Source of the DNA: a virus
Taxonomy: Duplodnaviria > Caudoviricetes
Length of the DNA stretch: 64,000 bases
Virus record (IMG/VR): IMGVR_UViG_3300044842_000325
Location: 32,001-96,000 of that record
Strand: one strand, 5' to 3'
This document shows, one piece after another, positions 1 through 10,734 of this stretch (positions are counted from its first letter, which is position 1; each line of letters starts with the position of its first letter). The notes under the pieces were generated by a model that was not told where the DNA came from, did no database searches, and worked only from the letters and a program-made list of their open reading frames with translations. A program made the translations under genes and the position numbers.

Positions 1-877
1 TGCCGCCCCAGTTGGTGAAGTTGTTCTTCTGGAGACCGACAGCGACCGTCTTCAGAGCGGCAGCGGCGTTCTTCGGATCGAACTTCTTCAGTTCGGTGGC
101 GACTTGCTCACCCATGGACTTGCAGTCCTTCAAGTAGTTGCCGAAGGCGTACTTGCCCAGGTTGCCCAGCTCGGTCAGACCCTTGGTCAGTTCCTTGGTG
201 TTGTGCACCATGTACTCCGGATAGGAGATCGAGTTGGAACCGACCATGACCATCACGGTATCGGACGCCATCTTCAGGTTGGCAGCGTCCTTCTTGCGTT
301 CGGCGACTTTCTCGCGCAGGACTTTCACGTTGTGCAGCAGACGCGGAGCGGCGTGGAAAATGCGAGCGAAGAATTCCTTGATGGTCTTCCAGATTTCCAG
401 GCAGAACTGGCGGATACGTTGCCAGATTTCAGCGGCGCGCTTGCGGATATCGTCGACGAACGATTCCAGCGAGACCTTGCCTTCGACCACGTCAGCGGCG
501 GTCGGGATCACGTCGTCCGGATCACCGTCCGAACCCGCCACGGCCATTTCCGACACGGTGTCGGTCAGCATGGCTTGTTGCGGCGTGATCGCATCGGTGG
601 TTTCGAGCGTGTCGGCCACGTTCAGCATGACGTCGGTGACGTCTTCGACGCGGGTGGTTTCCTGCACGTCAGCGACGGCTTGCGCTTGCGCGGCATCGGC
701 TTCTTGCAGATCGATGGTTTCTTCTTCCAGGCTCGGCACATGGCGGCCCGCCAGGATCTGATCGACCGACATCTCTTCGATCGACAGGGTGGGCTGGTTG
801 CCCGGGGTATGGCCTTCGTTCGACGGCTTTACGGCCGGCGTCGTGAGGATACCCGGATTCTTTTGAAAGCGACGCAT
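1..877 (-). CDS. Internal head / inner-body protein family member (phiKZ gp93-gp97-like), truncated by the window edge
   Basis: Not in the ORF track. Read manually from ATG at 877 (SD AAAGGA): MRRFQKNPGILTTPAVKPSNEGH... Has an acidic propeptide with S-x-E sites (SIE, SLE), the motif MAVAGSDGDP shared with 43425..44729, and a following amphipathic helix (EIWQRIRQFCLEIWKTIKEFF). Confidence 0.7.
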   Translation of the reverse strand, partial: MRRFQKNPGILTTPAVKPSNEGHTPGNQPTLSIEEMSVDQILAGRHVPSLEEETIDLQEADAAQAQAVADVQETTRVEDVTDVMLNVADTLETTDAITPQQAMLTDTVSEMAVAGSDGDPDDVIPTAADVVEGKVSLESFVDDIRKRAAEIWQRIRQFCLEIWKTIKEFFARIFHAAPRLLHNVKVLREKVAERKKDAANLKMASDTVMVMVGSNSISYPEYMVHNTKELTKGLTELGNLGKYAFGNYLKDCKSMGEQVATELKKFDPKNAAAALKTVAVGLQKNNFTNWGG

Positions 878-912
878 CACTTTGTCCTTTTAAGGAGTGT
901 TCGGTATAATCG

Positions 913-968
913 AAAAAAAGAAAACAACCCCTTCACCCTCGGTTGCCCAGAGAGTGAAGGGGTGTTAC
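913..968 (-). terminator. Intrinsic terminator after head protein gene
   Basis: Inverted repeat ACCCCTTCAC..GTGAAGGGGT followed on the minus strand by a T-tract. Confidence 0.7.
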
Positions 969-978
969 CTAAACCCGA

Positions 979-2400
979 TTAGGCTTTGGCGGCCGGAGCA
1001 GCGGCGCCTTCCGGCTTCGCTGCTTCGGTCTTCTTGCCAGCAGCTTTCAGCGACTGCTCGCCGTATTGCAGCACGTAGCCGCCGGCGTTCAGGGCGAACG
1101 CAGCCAGCGGGGGCGCAGCGTTGACGACGGTCGACATGGCGGCCTTGGCGATGGCGCGCTCGTCCGAACCAGCCAGCAGGGCTTTGCCAGCGGCCTTGGC
1201 CTTGTCGACGACGCCAGCGTCGGCGCCGGCTTCAGCGCGGACGGTTTCCTTGGCTTTCTTCTCGGCCAGGGCGATCACCTTCTTGGCGACGGCTTCGGCT
1301 TCTTTCTGTGCCGACTTGTACGACAGCAGATGGTCGGCAGCTTGCGCGACTTGCTTGGCGATGGCTTCGATGTCGCCCGAGGACAGGACCGGCAGTTCGT
1401 TCTTCTCGGCGACTTTCTTCGATGCGTCGAACGTACCCAGCTTGTAGCCGACTTTGCCCAGGGCAGCGGCGGTAGCGCCGGCGACCGGAACGATAGCGAC
1501 CACGGCCTTGTTGCCCGGCAGTTCTTCCGACTTCATCAGTTCCAGACCTTCGCCCGGAGCAGCCATGCCGACCGATGCCGGATCGGAGACCTTGGCGAAG
1601 CCTTGGGTGGCCGGACCTTGGACGCTCTGGGTCAGTTGGGTCAGCAGGCCGGTGTCGCCGGACTCGATCAGGCGGGTGGCTTGTTCAGCGAACTGGACCG
1701 ATGCCTTGGTCATGGCTTGCAGGAACGAGGCTTCGTGCACGACAGCCGCAGCGGCTTTCTTGACGTCGACGACGCCGCCGATCGACAGGTTGGCTGCCAG
1801 GGTCTGGTTTTCGAACGTGCCACCGCCGGCGGCCTTGGCCGTGTTGGCTGCTTTGGTCAGGTTCTCGGCGCGGGCCTTCAGCTTGGTGGCGCCGTCGAAC
1901 AGGCGGTTCCAGACGTTGACGATGGCTTGCACGGCCGAACGGAACATCTCGACGATCTTGCCCCACAGTTCTTTGGCCTTGTCGGCGATCGACTCGGCGG
2001 CCAGCTTGGTGGACGAGACCTTGTCAGCGGTGCCGCCGAACGATTCGACGGACATGGTCTTGTGGTTGTCCGGGTAGCCCAGGCGACGGTTGATCGAGGC
2101 CAGGTGCAGGTTCAGCACGCGGGCGCCGTTGCGGTCCAGGCCGCCGTTGGCGGCGATCGATTCCAGGGCGACGGCGGTTTCTTCCAGTTCGTCGACGGCT
2201 TCAGCCGCGTCGTCGACGATGGCTTCGTCTTGCGCGACTTCGACGATGTCCGAATTGACTTCGACCAGTTCAGCCTCGACGCTGTCTGCGCCAGCTTCGA
2301 CCGGGGCGGCGACCGGCTCTTCGCCGACGACGACTGCGTTGTTTTCGATGTCTTCGACGGCCAGACGGGCGACGATGCCGTAGTTGCGGTTTTGACGCAT
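979..2400 (-). CDS. Abundant internal head protein (phiKZ gp93/gp162-like), processed by prohead protease
   Basis: 473 aa, Ala/Glu-rich acidic N-terminus with many A/S-x-E sites (SVESFGG, ALES, AAES), then an amphipathic helix. Strong codon bias. Confidence 0.7.
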   Translation of the reverse strand: MRQNRNYGIVARLAVEDIENNAVVVGEEPVAAPVEAGADSVEAELVEVNSDIVEVAQDEAIVDDAAEAVDELEETAVALESIAANGGLDRNGARVLNLHLASINRRLGYPDNHKTMSVESFGGTADKVSSTKLAAESIADKAKELWGKIVEMFRSAVQAIVNVWNRLFDGATKLKARAENLTKAANTAKAAGGGTFENQTLAANLSIGGVVDVKKAAAAVVHEASFLQAMTKASVQFAEQATRLIESGDTGLLTQLTQSVQGPATQGFAKVSDPASVGMAAPGEGLELMKSEELPGNKAVVAIVPVAGATAAALGKVGYKLGTFDASKKVAEKNELPVLSSGDIEAIAKQVAQAADHLLSYKSAQKEAEAVAKKVIALAEKKAKETVRAEAGADAGVVDKAKAAGKALLAGSDERAIAKAAMSTVVNAAPPLAAFALNAGGYVLQYGEQSLKAAGKKTEAAKPEGAAAPAAKA

Positions 2401-2521
2401 GGTGTTACTCCATTCGAATGGTTTAATAAAGATTTACATATTCCGCGCGGAATAGGGCATGACGGCTTGCCTTGCCACTATACTATCACCAATAGCAGGG
2501 CAAGTTCGTCATAAGGATTGG

Positions 2522-3127
2522 TCACACTTCACCAAACAATACGTGTAGTGTGTGCGCCAAATCGATGAATCCGCTCGGTTGGCTGCACCAGCGCTGGATG
2601 ACGTCGATGAGGGTGGTGTTCTTCGGGCGCTTGTCGCCGGTGATGAAGAACCAGTTGAATTGCCCTTCGTTGGGCGTTTCGTTGTGGGTGATTTCCGACA
2701 GCGAGAGCATGGCGCCCCAGTTGTGCAGACTCATCCCCCGTTTACCGGTCTCGATGAAGGTCAGCGTCTCGTGCAGGAACTTCATATGCATGTCACCCGT
2801 GGACGGACCATTCATCTGAATGTTGATCCATTCGACGAAGTCTTTGGTGCCAAACGCATTGAGCGCGACCCGCAGAATCTTCTCACGGAACTCCATCGAA
2901 TCGGCTGCGCCATACGAATCGTTCAGCGCGGCCCACAGGGCTTCGATGTTTTGGTTGACCTCTTTCGGGTTAACCTGGTTCTTGAACCAGTCCGGATGGT
3001 ACTGGTAAGAACGCAGCTGCGATGCTGCCGAACGCTCAGTCGGTTTGATTTGCTCACCGAGGCTGGCACCCAGAAAGCCGCGCGGGTAGACCCGAAAGCC
3101 TTTGTAGGCCGGTGCGGTATCAGGCAT
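2522..3127 (-). CDS. Conserved phiKZ-like hypothetical / virion protein
   Basis: 201-aa ORF overlapping the upstream stop, in the head-protein operon. Confidence 0.55.
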   Translation of the reverse strand: MPDTAPAYKGFRVYPRGFLGASLGEQIKPTERSAASQLRSYQYHPDWFKNQVNPKEVNQNIEALWAALNDSYGAADSMEFREKILRVALNAFGTKDFVEWINIQMNGPSTGDMHMKFLHETLTFIETGKRGMSLHNWGAMLSLSEITHNETPNEGQFNWFFITGDKRPKNTTLIDVIQRWCSQPSGFIDLAHTLHVLFGEV

Positions 3128-4031
3128 ATTGTTCCTCGACTTTACGGATCTGGGCCGCGAGGTCTTCGATCCGCTTTTGGGTGTATTCGATCTGCTTGTC
3201 CAGCGCCGGGTCTTGCTTGCCGTGTTGCATGCGCTCCAGCTTCAGCTTACGCAGTTCCAGCGCGTCTTTCTCGGCTTTCTTCTGTTCGTAGCGATAGTGC
3301 TGGTAATCGGCGATCTTCATGCGCACATGGTAGATCGGGTTCATGGCGATCGGTACGAAACCGTGGCGGAACGGATCGAGCTTGGCCGCGCCGACGGTGT
3401 GCTGGACCACGGCGTCGCCGGTCTTCGTAACCGTGATGTCCGGGATCTCTTCGAAATCGCTCTTGATCTTGTCGGTCGGCTTGGACAGCGTGTCCATCAC
3501 CGTGCAGAAGTCGATCAGGCGCTCGTTGATGAAGCGCACATCAGCCGGCACTAGCGCTGCGCCGAGTTCGTTGGCGACATCGGCGTCTTCGCCTTCCAGT
3601 TCAGCGGCCTCGACGACGTACGCGTAGTTCAGGTACTTCATCGAGTAGTCGATGGCGAAGCCGATCGATTCCAGCATTTGCAGGATAGCGGTCTTGTAGT
3701 ACGTGATCCCCACGCCTTCGATGTCGTCAGTGTAATCCTTCTCGACCAGCGATTCGATCAGGGCCAGCGTGGAGAGCATCGGTTTGATCGACTTTTCGAT
3801 CGCGACGATGGTGTTCGTGCCGTTGGCGCCGCGCACGTTACGACGGAACACTTCCCAGTCCTTTTGCAGCGACTGGTTGATGAACTTGCGGGCACCGAAC
3901 ACTTTCAGTGCGTCCTCGTACGCCGGCACCACGATGGTGGTCAGGAGCAGCTTGTTGATGCGGATGTCTTCCAAGACCGTCTGCTTGGAGAAGTTGGGCA
4001 GCAGCGACTTGAGAAAGTCAACGATTTTCAT
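3120..4031 (-). CDS. Internal head protein (phiKZ gp90-like)
   Basis: 303 aa with a C-terminal coiled coil; synteny. Confidence 0.55.
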   Translation of the reverse strand: MKIVDFLKSLLPNFSKQTVLEDIRINKLLLTTIVVPAYEDALKVFGARKFINQSLQKDWEVFRRNVRGANGTNTIVAIEKSIKPMLSTLALIESLVEKDYTDDIEGVGITYYKTAILQMLESIGFAIDYSMKYLNYAYVVEAAELEGEDADVANELGAALVPADVRFINERLIDFCTVMDTLSKPTDKIKSDFEEIPDITVTKTGDAVVQHTVGAAKLDPFRHGFVPIAMNPIYHVRMKIADYQHYRYEQKKAEKDALELRKLKLERMQHGKQDPALDKQIEYTQKRIEDLAAQIRKVEEQYA

Positions 4032-4051
4032 TTTGGATGGTTCCTATTTGG

Positions 4052-5218
4052 TCAGAGCGCCGGTGCGTGACCCGACATGAGGGCTTTCAGGATTTCGCCG
4101 ATGTCCGGGCCCGAACCTTTCGAGGAGGCTTTCAGATCCTTGATCCGTACCACAGTCGGCTGCGCGATGTTGCGGTGGTAGAAGGTCACGGTGTTGTAAT
4201 CGACTTCATCGACGACTGCCATGATCATCAGCGAGGTTTTCTTCATCATGCGCTGACGGATGTCGAATTTGGACAGTTTGCCTTCCAGTTCGAGTTCGAG
4301 CTGTTCAGCGCTGTCTTTGGTGAGCACCACCAGGTTCGAGGACGAGGCGATCGACGGCTGGCCGGTGATGACCGAGGTCACGGCATTGCCGAAGTTGGTG
4401 CGGCCGATGTTCGACAGCGTGCCGGTCTTGTCTTTCATCAGATCGGTGCGGTGCTTGTCGATCAGGTCGTTGCAGAACACCAGGTCCTTCCAGAACGACA
4501 GCTTGCCCATCTTCCAGCCATGCCAGCGTTCCTTGAAGGAGTTGTCGTCGCTGCCCGTGGCTAAAATATGAATCAGGTCCGGGGAGGGCAGCGTGCTCGC
4601 GATGAGGCGAATGTTGATCTGCACCGGAATCGAATGCTGACCGTCGCTGATGTTGATCTCGTAGGATTTGCCCACCGACAGATTGGCCAGCTCGGTCATC
4701 GTTTTACCGACATCCTTGGCCGCCGACTTGACGTCGCCACTGGGTTGACCATAGGTCTTGTTGACCGTGTCACCGCCCGCCCCTTTACCACCCGCCGGCG
4801 CAGCAGCGCCGCCGAGGCTACCCATGCCGGACTCGACCGACAGCTTCAGCTTTTCGTTGCTGGGGAAGGGCAACCCCTTTTCGTACGATTCGGTGGCCAC
4901 CAGCCAGCTCGACAGACCTGCGTTGACCGGGCTGCGGTTCGGGTTGAGCGCATCGAGACGTTCCAGCACACGCACATTGCCGATGGTGTTCATCAGCGAC
5001 GCAGCTTGCAGGTAGTAACCAGCGAAGATCGACAGCAGGCTTTGCTGCACTTCGCCGATGCAATCGAGGTGCAGCGCGTTTTGTTCGATGAGAACGATGG
5101 GTTCGACGCGACCGACACTGGTGAAGTCCACCAGCGAATCGCTACCACCGCCACGGCGGAGCAGGTCACCTGCCCGGTTCAGAACAGTGAGGCCACCATT
5201 CATGATATCGCTATACAT
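4052..5218 (-). CDS. Internal head / inner-body protein (phiKZ gp89-like)
   Basis: 388 aa with an internal Gly/Ala linker flanked by ATE/SVE cleavage-type sites; synteny. Confidence 0.55.
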   Translation of the reverse strand: MYSDIMNGGLTVLNRAGDLLRRGGGSDSLVDFTSVGRVEPIVLIEQNALHLDCIGEVQQSLLSIFAGYYLQAASLMNTIGNVRVLERLDALNPNRSPVNAGLSSWLVATESYEKGLPFPSNEKLKLSVESGMGSLGGAAAPAGGKGAGGDTVNKTYGQPSGDVKSAAKDVGKTMTELANLSVGKSYEINISDGQHSIPVQINIRLIASTLPSPDLIHILATGSDDNSFKERWHGWKMGKLSFWKDLVFCNDLIDKHRTDLMKDKTGTLSNIGRTNFGNAVTSVITGQPSIASSSNLVVLTKDSAEQLELELEGKLSKFDIRQRMMKKTSLMIMAVVDEVDYNTVTFYHRNIAQPTVVRIKDLKASSKGSGPDIGEILKALMSGHAPAL

Positions 5219-5249
5219 TGTTTTTCCTTTTAATACAAGGGGTTTCTAA

Positions 5250-6350
5250 ATGGCCGATGATAATTCTAACGTCTATCGGGACGTTAACTATAGCGCCACG
5301 CCGATTAAATCCGCTGATGTCGACCAAGTCTTTCGCATTTCTCCTGCGGGACAACATACCACCGCCATTGGGGATAATTTTCGTGGATTTAACCACAGAC
5401 AAGCGCCGAGTCTCATACCAATTAATAAGGATCAGTACGGCCTGACGTTTTTCACACGGCCACGGATGAACTTGTCGGACGCCAACCTGCGTATCCCGTC
5501 GATGCGAAAGCTCACCCCGCTCCTCAGCAATCAGGAAGATTCGATCCAACGAATCATTCGCTGCTGGCTTGATCCGGTGGGTAACAAGCGCGGCGACTTC
5601 ACCAGCCCTTACGTTGATCCATGCATGCCATTCATTCCGCTGCTGAGCAATTTATTGGTCAGTCTCCCGGGTTGGCCCGATGTGGCGATGCCGTATTCGA
5701 CGTCGGCAGCTGGGGTACGGCAAGAACAATTCTCGCTCTACGATGGCACCGATGAGATCAACCGCATCGTGGACTTGACCGCCAACTTCCGTAACGTCGA
5801 CGGCGATCCGATCACGCCGCTGTTTGACGCATGGTTCACCTATGGCCGGGGCGTGTACTTCGGCGACCTGTGGCCCCACTCGGACAGCGTGCTGGAAAAC
5901 GAGGTCGACTATGACCTGCGCATCTACCGCCTGATCCTCGACAGCAAAAAGCAATTCGTGCTCCGTATTGCTGCGACGGCATGGGGTGACCCGGTGTCCA
6001 ACCCGCTGGGGGCAGTCTTTAATTACGAAGCCGACCAAGGTGCAGGGCAAGTGAACAACGGCTTGCAACAAGTCAGTGTCCATTTCGTCAATACCGCAGT
6101 CCAATACAACGATCCGATTCTGTACTGGGAATTCAATCAGTGCAGTGAGCAGTGGTTCAATCCGGCAATGGCCGATGGCACACGTGAGCAGGTCTATCAA
6201 AAGATCGCGTTCGATGAGCTACCCATTTTCAATTACCGTGGTTATCCCCGCATCAATCTGGATACGTTCGAATTGGAATGGTGGGTACCCAAACGCGAGT
6301 ATGCTGCGCTCACGTCGGTTCTCAAACAATTCAAAGCAACTCAAGGATAA
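5250..6350 (+). CDS. Virion structural protein, tail/baseplate-associated (phiKZ gp88-like)
   Basis: 366 aa, divergent from the head operon, directly upstream of the large baseplate gene. Confidence 0.5.
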   Translation: MADDNSNVYRDVNYSATPIKSADVDQVFRISPAGQHTTAIGDNFRGFNHRQAPSLIPINKDQYGLTFFTRPRMNLSDANLRIPSMRKLTPLLSNQEDSIQRIIRCWLDPVGNKRGDFTSPYVDPCMPFIPLLSNLLVSLPGWPDVAMPYSTSAAGVRQEQFSLYDGTDEINRIVDLTANFRNVDGDPITPLFDAWFTYGRGVYFGDLWPHSDSVLENEVDYDLRIYRLILDSKKQFVLRIAATAWGDPVSNPLGAVFNYEADQGAGQVNNGLQQVSVHFVNTAVQYNDPILYWEFNQCSEQWFNPAMADGTREQVYQKIAFDELPIFNYRGYPRINLDTFELEWWVPKREYAALTSVLKQFKATQG

Positions 6351-6353
6351 GCC

Positions 6354-9296
6354 ATGACTCTGGCCAGCCAAGAACTCATCGATAACATCGCCACCTACCG
6401 CTTTAATGGTACCGCCATTCAACGCGCGGTCGTGCAAGCGATCGTGGAAGCCAACAATGGTGAACAGCCGGCGTTTGACGCCACCTTGCCGTTCGTGCAA
6501 GCGCTGTCGGCCAGCGCTTACGAGACTGCCGCTTTCATGCAAGAACATGCGGCTGAATGCCGCCGCCGTTATCCATCACTGGCGCAGACGCAAGAAGACC
6601 TGTATCTGCACATGTCCGACACGGATTACGTGAATCGGTTCTCGATCCCCGCTGAGGCCACGTTCAGCCTGCGCTTTAACAAGGCCGAACTCATCAACGC
6701 GATGGTGTACGAGGATGCCACCGGCTACATGAAGCTCGTGATCCCGCGTAACACCTACTTCACGGTGGATGTCTATACTTTCAGTTTGCAGTACCCGATC
6801 GAGATCCGACTGCTGCACAATAACGGTTTGCAGATCACGTACAACAACGACATCGTCTCACCTCTCCAGAGCTTGGTCAGCAACACGATCGAGTACACCA
6901 TTCTGGAAGATGCGAACTTCATCGAGTACGTCAAGTTCGACGTGCCGGTGCAACAGTTCTACATCACCCAGAGCACCACCCCGATCAGTCTGGGTAAGGA
7001 TCTGGCGATGGCGATCCCGATCGCTGATCAGTATTTCTACGCTCGGGTGTACCACAAGAACCCGCAAACACTGAAGTGGGATGAGCTGCTGACTGTACAC
7101 AACGCGATGGTGTACGATGTCAAGAAACCCACGGCGGTGTTGCAAGTGCTTGACGGGTACTTGTCGGTCAAGATCCCGCAGATCTACGTTACCACCGGCC
7201 AGCTTACGTCCACCATCCGGGTCGACCTGTACCAGACCAAGGGTCAGATCAACATCCCACTGGCGGACTACAACAGCGATGCCGTCTCCATCACCTGGAA
7301 AACGTTCGACAGCACGGAAGTGGGTAGCAAATACTCGGCGGCGTTGCCGAACATGAATGTGGCTGCTTACTCGGACAGCATCGTGATCGGTGGTAAGAAC
7401 GAGATGGAGTTCAGCACGCTGCGTGACAATGTCATCAACAATGCCACCGGCCCGATCGAGCAAGCCATCACCCCGGCCCGTCTGGTGGCACAGATGCAAA
7501 ACGCCGGTTACTCGGTGGTGAAGAATATCGATAACGTGACTAACCGGGTGTTCCTGGCCACGCGCGAGATGCCTTCGCCTGATGTGGTGAAGTTGACGAC
7601 GTCAAGTGATAATGCGGTGCGTCTGCTCACAGCGGCAGCAGCGTCGATTCAAACACTCACGACCTCGACCGAACGTCTGGCCAGCCTGCCGTCAGTGGTG
7701 GACAACGGCGAGAGCCTGACGATCAAACCAGACACGCTGTATCAAATCGTCAACGGGGTGATCAATCCGGTCCAAGCCAGCGAAGTCCAACGTTTGCTGT
7801 CGTTGCCGGCGGATAAGCTTGCGCAAGAAGTCACGGAAGGCAATTACCTGTCCACGCCGTTTCACTACGTGTTCGACACCAGCAACAACGCGTTCGAGAT
7901 CCGCCCGTACTACTTGGACGCCCCCGTCGCCCAGTCAAAAGTGTTCGTCAAACAAAACGACACCACATTGTTGTTGGTTGGCACGTCTAACTACGCGCTG
8001 ATTCGGGTCGACAGCGGCTACAAGCTCATCGTGTACACCCGCTCGGATGACGCTTACAAAGCGCTGCCGGATAGCCAAGTATTCGCCCAGTTGGCTTTTG
8101 TACCCTATTCGGAACGGGATCGCGCTTACGTGAACGGTCTGCTGGTGGGTAAAACTTCTGCGGGTGAACGGGTGTTTGAGTTCGATCTGTCGACCACCTT
8201 CAATGTGGACAGTTCTGACCATCTGGACTTGACCAAGTTCACGATGTACAACAATGAAAGCCGTATCACCAAGACTCCGCTCACCAATACGTTCGATCTG
8301 GTCTACTCGACGTCCGCTGTGTTGAGCAGCCGTTGGGTTCCGAACGAAGTCGATGCAGTGTTGGGTAAACACCTGTTGCCTAACCAGGTGGCCGGTATCA
8401 ACCAAGAGCAAATCACCATGAAATTCGGTGAAGCACTGGACATGCTCTGGACGCGAGCCCGCAGTGTGGTCTCGTCGATCGTGTACGACGTGTGGGACAG
8501 CGATCAGCAGGCGTTTTACAAAGAGGACATCTACGAGTATCAGCCGGATGGCACGAAACTCAAGATCGTCAATGGGCAACTGCAATACACGATCCTGCAC
8601 CACAAGGGTGACCCGATCCTTGATCAAGATGGCCATATCACGTACGAGCATCGTAAGGGTGATCTCAAACGGGATTCGTCAGGACAATTGGTGCAAGCCA
8701 ACCCGCGTGGGATCTTGCGTCAACTGGACCTGATGTTGCTCGAAGGGGTGTACTGGTTTGCGAATGAAGACACAACCGTGCAATACCGTAAGTCGCTCAC
8801 CAACGTACTGGTCGACTGGATCGTCAATGATCTGGAATCCTTCAAGGACGCTCTGCTCGACAAGACGCGGGTCTACTTCTATCCGAAGACGACCTCGGGT
8901 GTGATTCCGGTGTATGTGCTCGATGGTGCGCTGACCAACATCGATGCGGGCCAAGCATTTACGGTCACGCTCGGTGTGTCCAAACAAGTGTACGACAACC
9001 CGAACCTGCGGGCTCGTCTGGACACAGTCACGGTCAGTGTGCTCTATACGGCACTGCAGCAAAAGACGGTATCGATCTCGGCCATTCTCAAGGCACTGAG
9101 TGAAGCGTACGGTTCGGATGTGGTCGACATCCAAATCACTGGACTGGGGGGTAGCGATAACTACTCAGTGGTCACGGTGGCAGATGAAACCGACCGTCTG
9201 TCGATCCGTAAGCGGCTGGTCGCGCTGCCAGATGGCAAACTGGCGGCAGAAGAAGACGTCAATACAGTGTACCGTATCGTCACAACCCAAGCTTAA
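6354..9296 (+). CDS. Large baseplate wedge-like virion protein (phiKZ gp87-like)
   Basis: 980 aa, beta-rich. The pattern A...DLY.H..., IPRNTYF and IGGKNE..F resembles baseplate J/T4 gp6-type proteins; synteny. Confidence 0.6.
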   Translation: MTLASQELIDNIATYRFNGTAIQRAVVQAIVEANNGEQPAFDATLPFVQALSASAYETAAFMQEHAAECRRRYPSLAQTQEDLYLHMSDTDYVNRFSIPAEATFSLRFNKAELINAMVYEDATGYMKLVIPRNTYFTVDVYTFSLQYPIEIRLLHNNGLQITYNNDIVSPLQSLVSNTIEYTILEDANFIEYVKFDVPVQQFYITQSTTPISLGKDLAMAIPIADQYFYARVYHKNPQTLKWDELLTVHNAMVYDVKKPTAVLQVLDGYLSVKIPQIYVTTGQLTSTIRVDLYQTKGQINIPLADYNSDAVSITWKTFDSTEVGSKYSAALPNMNVAAYSDSIVIGGKNEMEFSTLRDNVINNATGPIEQAITPARLVAQMQNAGYSVVKNIDNVTNRVFLATREMPSPDVVKLTTSSDNAVRLLTAAAASIQTLTTSTERLASLPSVVDNGESLTIKPDTLYQIVNGVINPVQASEVQRLLSLPADKLAQEVTEGNYLSTPFHYVFDTSNNAFEIRPYYLDAPVAQSKVFVKQNDTTLLLVGTSNYALIRVDSGYKLIVYTRSDDAYKALPDSQVFAQLAFVPYSERDRAYVNGLLVGKTSAGERVFEFDLSTTFNVDSSDHLDLTKFTMYNNESRITKTPLTNTFDLVYSTSAVLSSRWVPNEVDAVLGKHLLPNQVAGINQEQITMKFGEALDMLWTRARSVVSSIVYDVWDSDQQAFYKEDIYEYQPDGTKLKIVNGQLQYTILHHKGDPILDQDGHITYEHRKGDLKRDSSGQLVQANPRGILRQLDLMLLEGVYWFANEDTTVQYRKSLTNVLVDWIVNDLESFKDALLDKTRVYFYPKTTSGVIPVYVLDGALTNIDAGQAFTVTLGVSKQVYDNPNLRARLDTVTVSVLYTALQQKTVSISAILKALSEAYGSDVVDIQITGLGGSDNYSVVTVADETDRLSIRKRLVALPDGKLAAEEDVNTVYRIVTTQA

Positions 9297-9344
9297 CGGC
9301 ATAACTCCCGCTACCCCGTCAAGGGTAGCGGGGGTGTATGTCGC
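9296..9344. terminator. Bidirectional hairpin terminator flanked by TATG(C/T)CG motifs
   Basis: Stem CTCCCGCTACCC/GGGTAGCGGGGG between convergent genes. Confidence 0.7.
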
Positions 9345-9354
9345 TTACAGCGAA

Positions 9355-10734
9355 TTACAGCGTGTTGGTACGCACTGCAGCTTGCAGATCTTCTACCATG
9401 AGTTTCATGGCTTGGTAGGCCGATTCACGCATCTGCATGGTCTCACGGCATTGGTTCACCGATTTCCATGCATGTTCGATGACGCGGTCCGCGAGCACAC
9501 CGACGTAGGACGTCGCCATACCAGCATTCACGCACCAGCGCACGATTTGGAAGAAACCTTGGTTCATGCCTTCCGCGGTTTGGATGAACGCCGTGGCCAT
9601 TTGACCCAGATCTTTCACGGCACCAGCATTGGTATTGTGCGCGTCGGTCAACTGGGCCGCAATCTCTTTCAGAAGACCTGCCACTTCGTTGGCCACGTTC
9701 ACATACGAACGCGCGCGGTTGATGATGTCTTCCACCCGAGCTTGCTGCGCGGCGTTACCCACATCACGCAGCCACTCATACGTGGTGCGTGCTTGCGCCG
9801 GTTCTTGCAGCTTGTCTTCAGCGCTGGTGAACACGTCCGCGATGTTGTCGATCGACGTGGTTTTTCTGCCGAAGTTGAAGTACACGGTCGGGGCTTTGGG
9901 CAGATCCGGCTTGATGCCGTCGGCGTCATCCTTCAACGCTTCGAGTGCGAACATGAAGCTCAGTTTCCACTGGTTCAGGTGCGTGGTCATCAGCTCCATC
10001 ATGGCAGGGGCATCTTGGTGGACTTTGTAATACTCGTCCATGCTGGCCATGAAGTTTGGCCACTTCTTGTCCGTGTTGAGGATCTCGGGTACAAAGTAGC
10101 CATTCTGACTCGGATCGACCGCACAGCCTTGAAAGCATGCATCATCCCAGGTGAAGCCATTCTCGACCGCAGTGCCGATGAAGTCCTTCAGGATCGACGC
10201 TTGCATCGACACTTGATCTGCCCGACGTTTGAAATCGAGGTTTTCCAGTGCTTGACCGATTCCCGGTACACCGACCACGTTTTCCAGACGCATGGCCATG
10301 GTGGTGAGTTGACCGATCAAGTCTTGTTCGATACCTGCATCGATTTCTTCCAGAGCCATCTGGAAACCGGTGGCACTCGGGTGGCGGCTGTAGAAGTTGA
10401 TCGGGCGACCTTTACCGAAGTTCGGCAGGATGGCCATGGCCTCGTTGGCGATGCGTTGACACATACCGCGCTGGGCGAGCAGATCTTGACGCAGATAACG
10501 CAGAGCATTGCCATGCGATTCCGTAGCGACGACTGCTTGTTGCTGAAGTTCCGGCAGCATCTTCATCACCGCGTCTGCGTCGGCGTACAGCGTGGTGGTG
10601 AGTGTGTCGGGCACCGGCTCATCCGGCAGCAGGGCGCCGGCGTTCAGGCTTTCGTCTGTCGGCGCAGCCAGTTCGATCGCTTGAGCATTCGCTTGAGCGA
10701 GAGTGTTGGTTGCGTTAATGTCCGTCATGATCAA
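9355..10734 (-). CDS. Virion head protein (phiKZ gp86-like position)
   Basis: 459 aa, helical, with ATE/ALE cleavage-type sites and a YSRHPSATGF..ALEE motif. Confidence 0.5.
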   Translation of the reverse strand: MIMTDINATNTLAQANAQAIELAAPTDESLNAGALLPDEPVPDTLTTTLYADADAVMKMLPELQQQAVVATESHGNALRYLRQDLLAQRGMCQRIANEAMAILPNFGKGRPINFYSRHPSATGFQMALEEIDAGIEQDLIGQLTTMAMRLENVVGVPGIGQALENLDFKRRADQVSMQASILKDFIGTAVENGFTWDDACFQGCAVDPSQNGYFVPEILNTDKKWPNFMASMDEYYKVHQDAPAMMELMTTHLNQWKLSFMFALEALKDDADGIKPDLPKAPTVYFNFGRKTTSIDNIADVFTSAEDKLQEPAQARTTYEWLRDVGNAAQQARVEDIINRARSYVNVANEVAGLLKEIAAQLTDAHNTNAGAVKDLGQMATAFIQTAEGMNQGFFQIVRWCVNAGMATSYVGVLADRVIEHAWKSVNQCRETMQMRESAYQAMKLMVEDLQAAVRTNTL

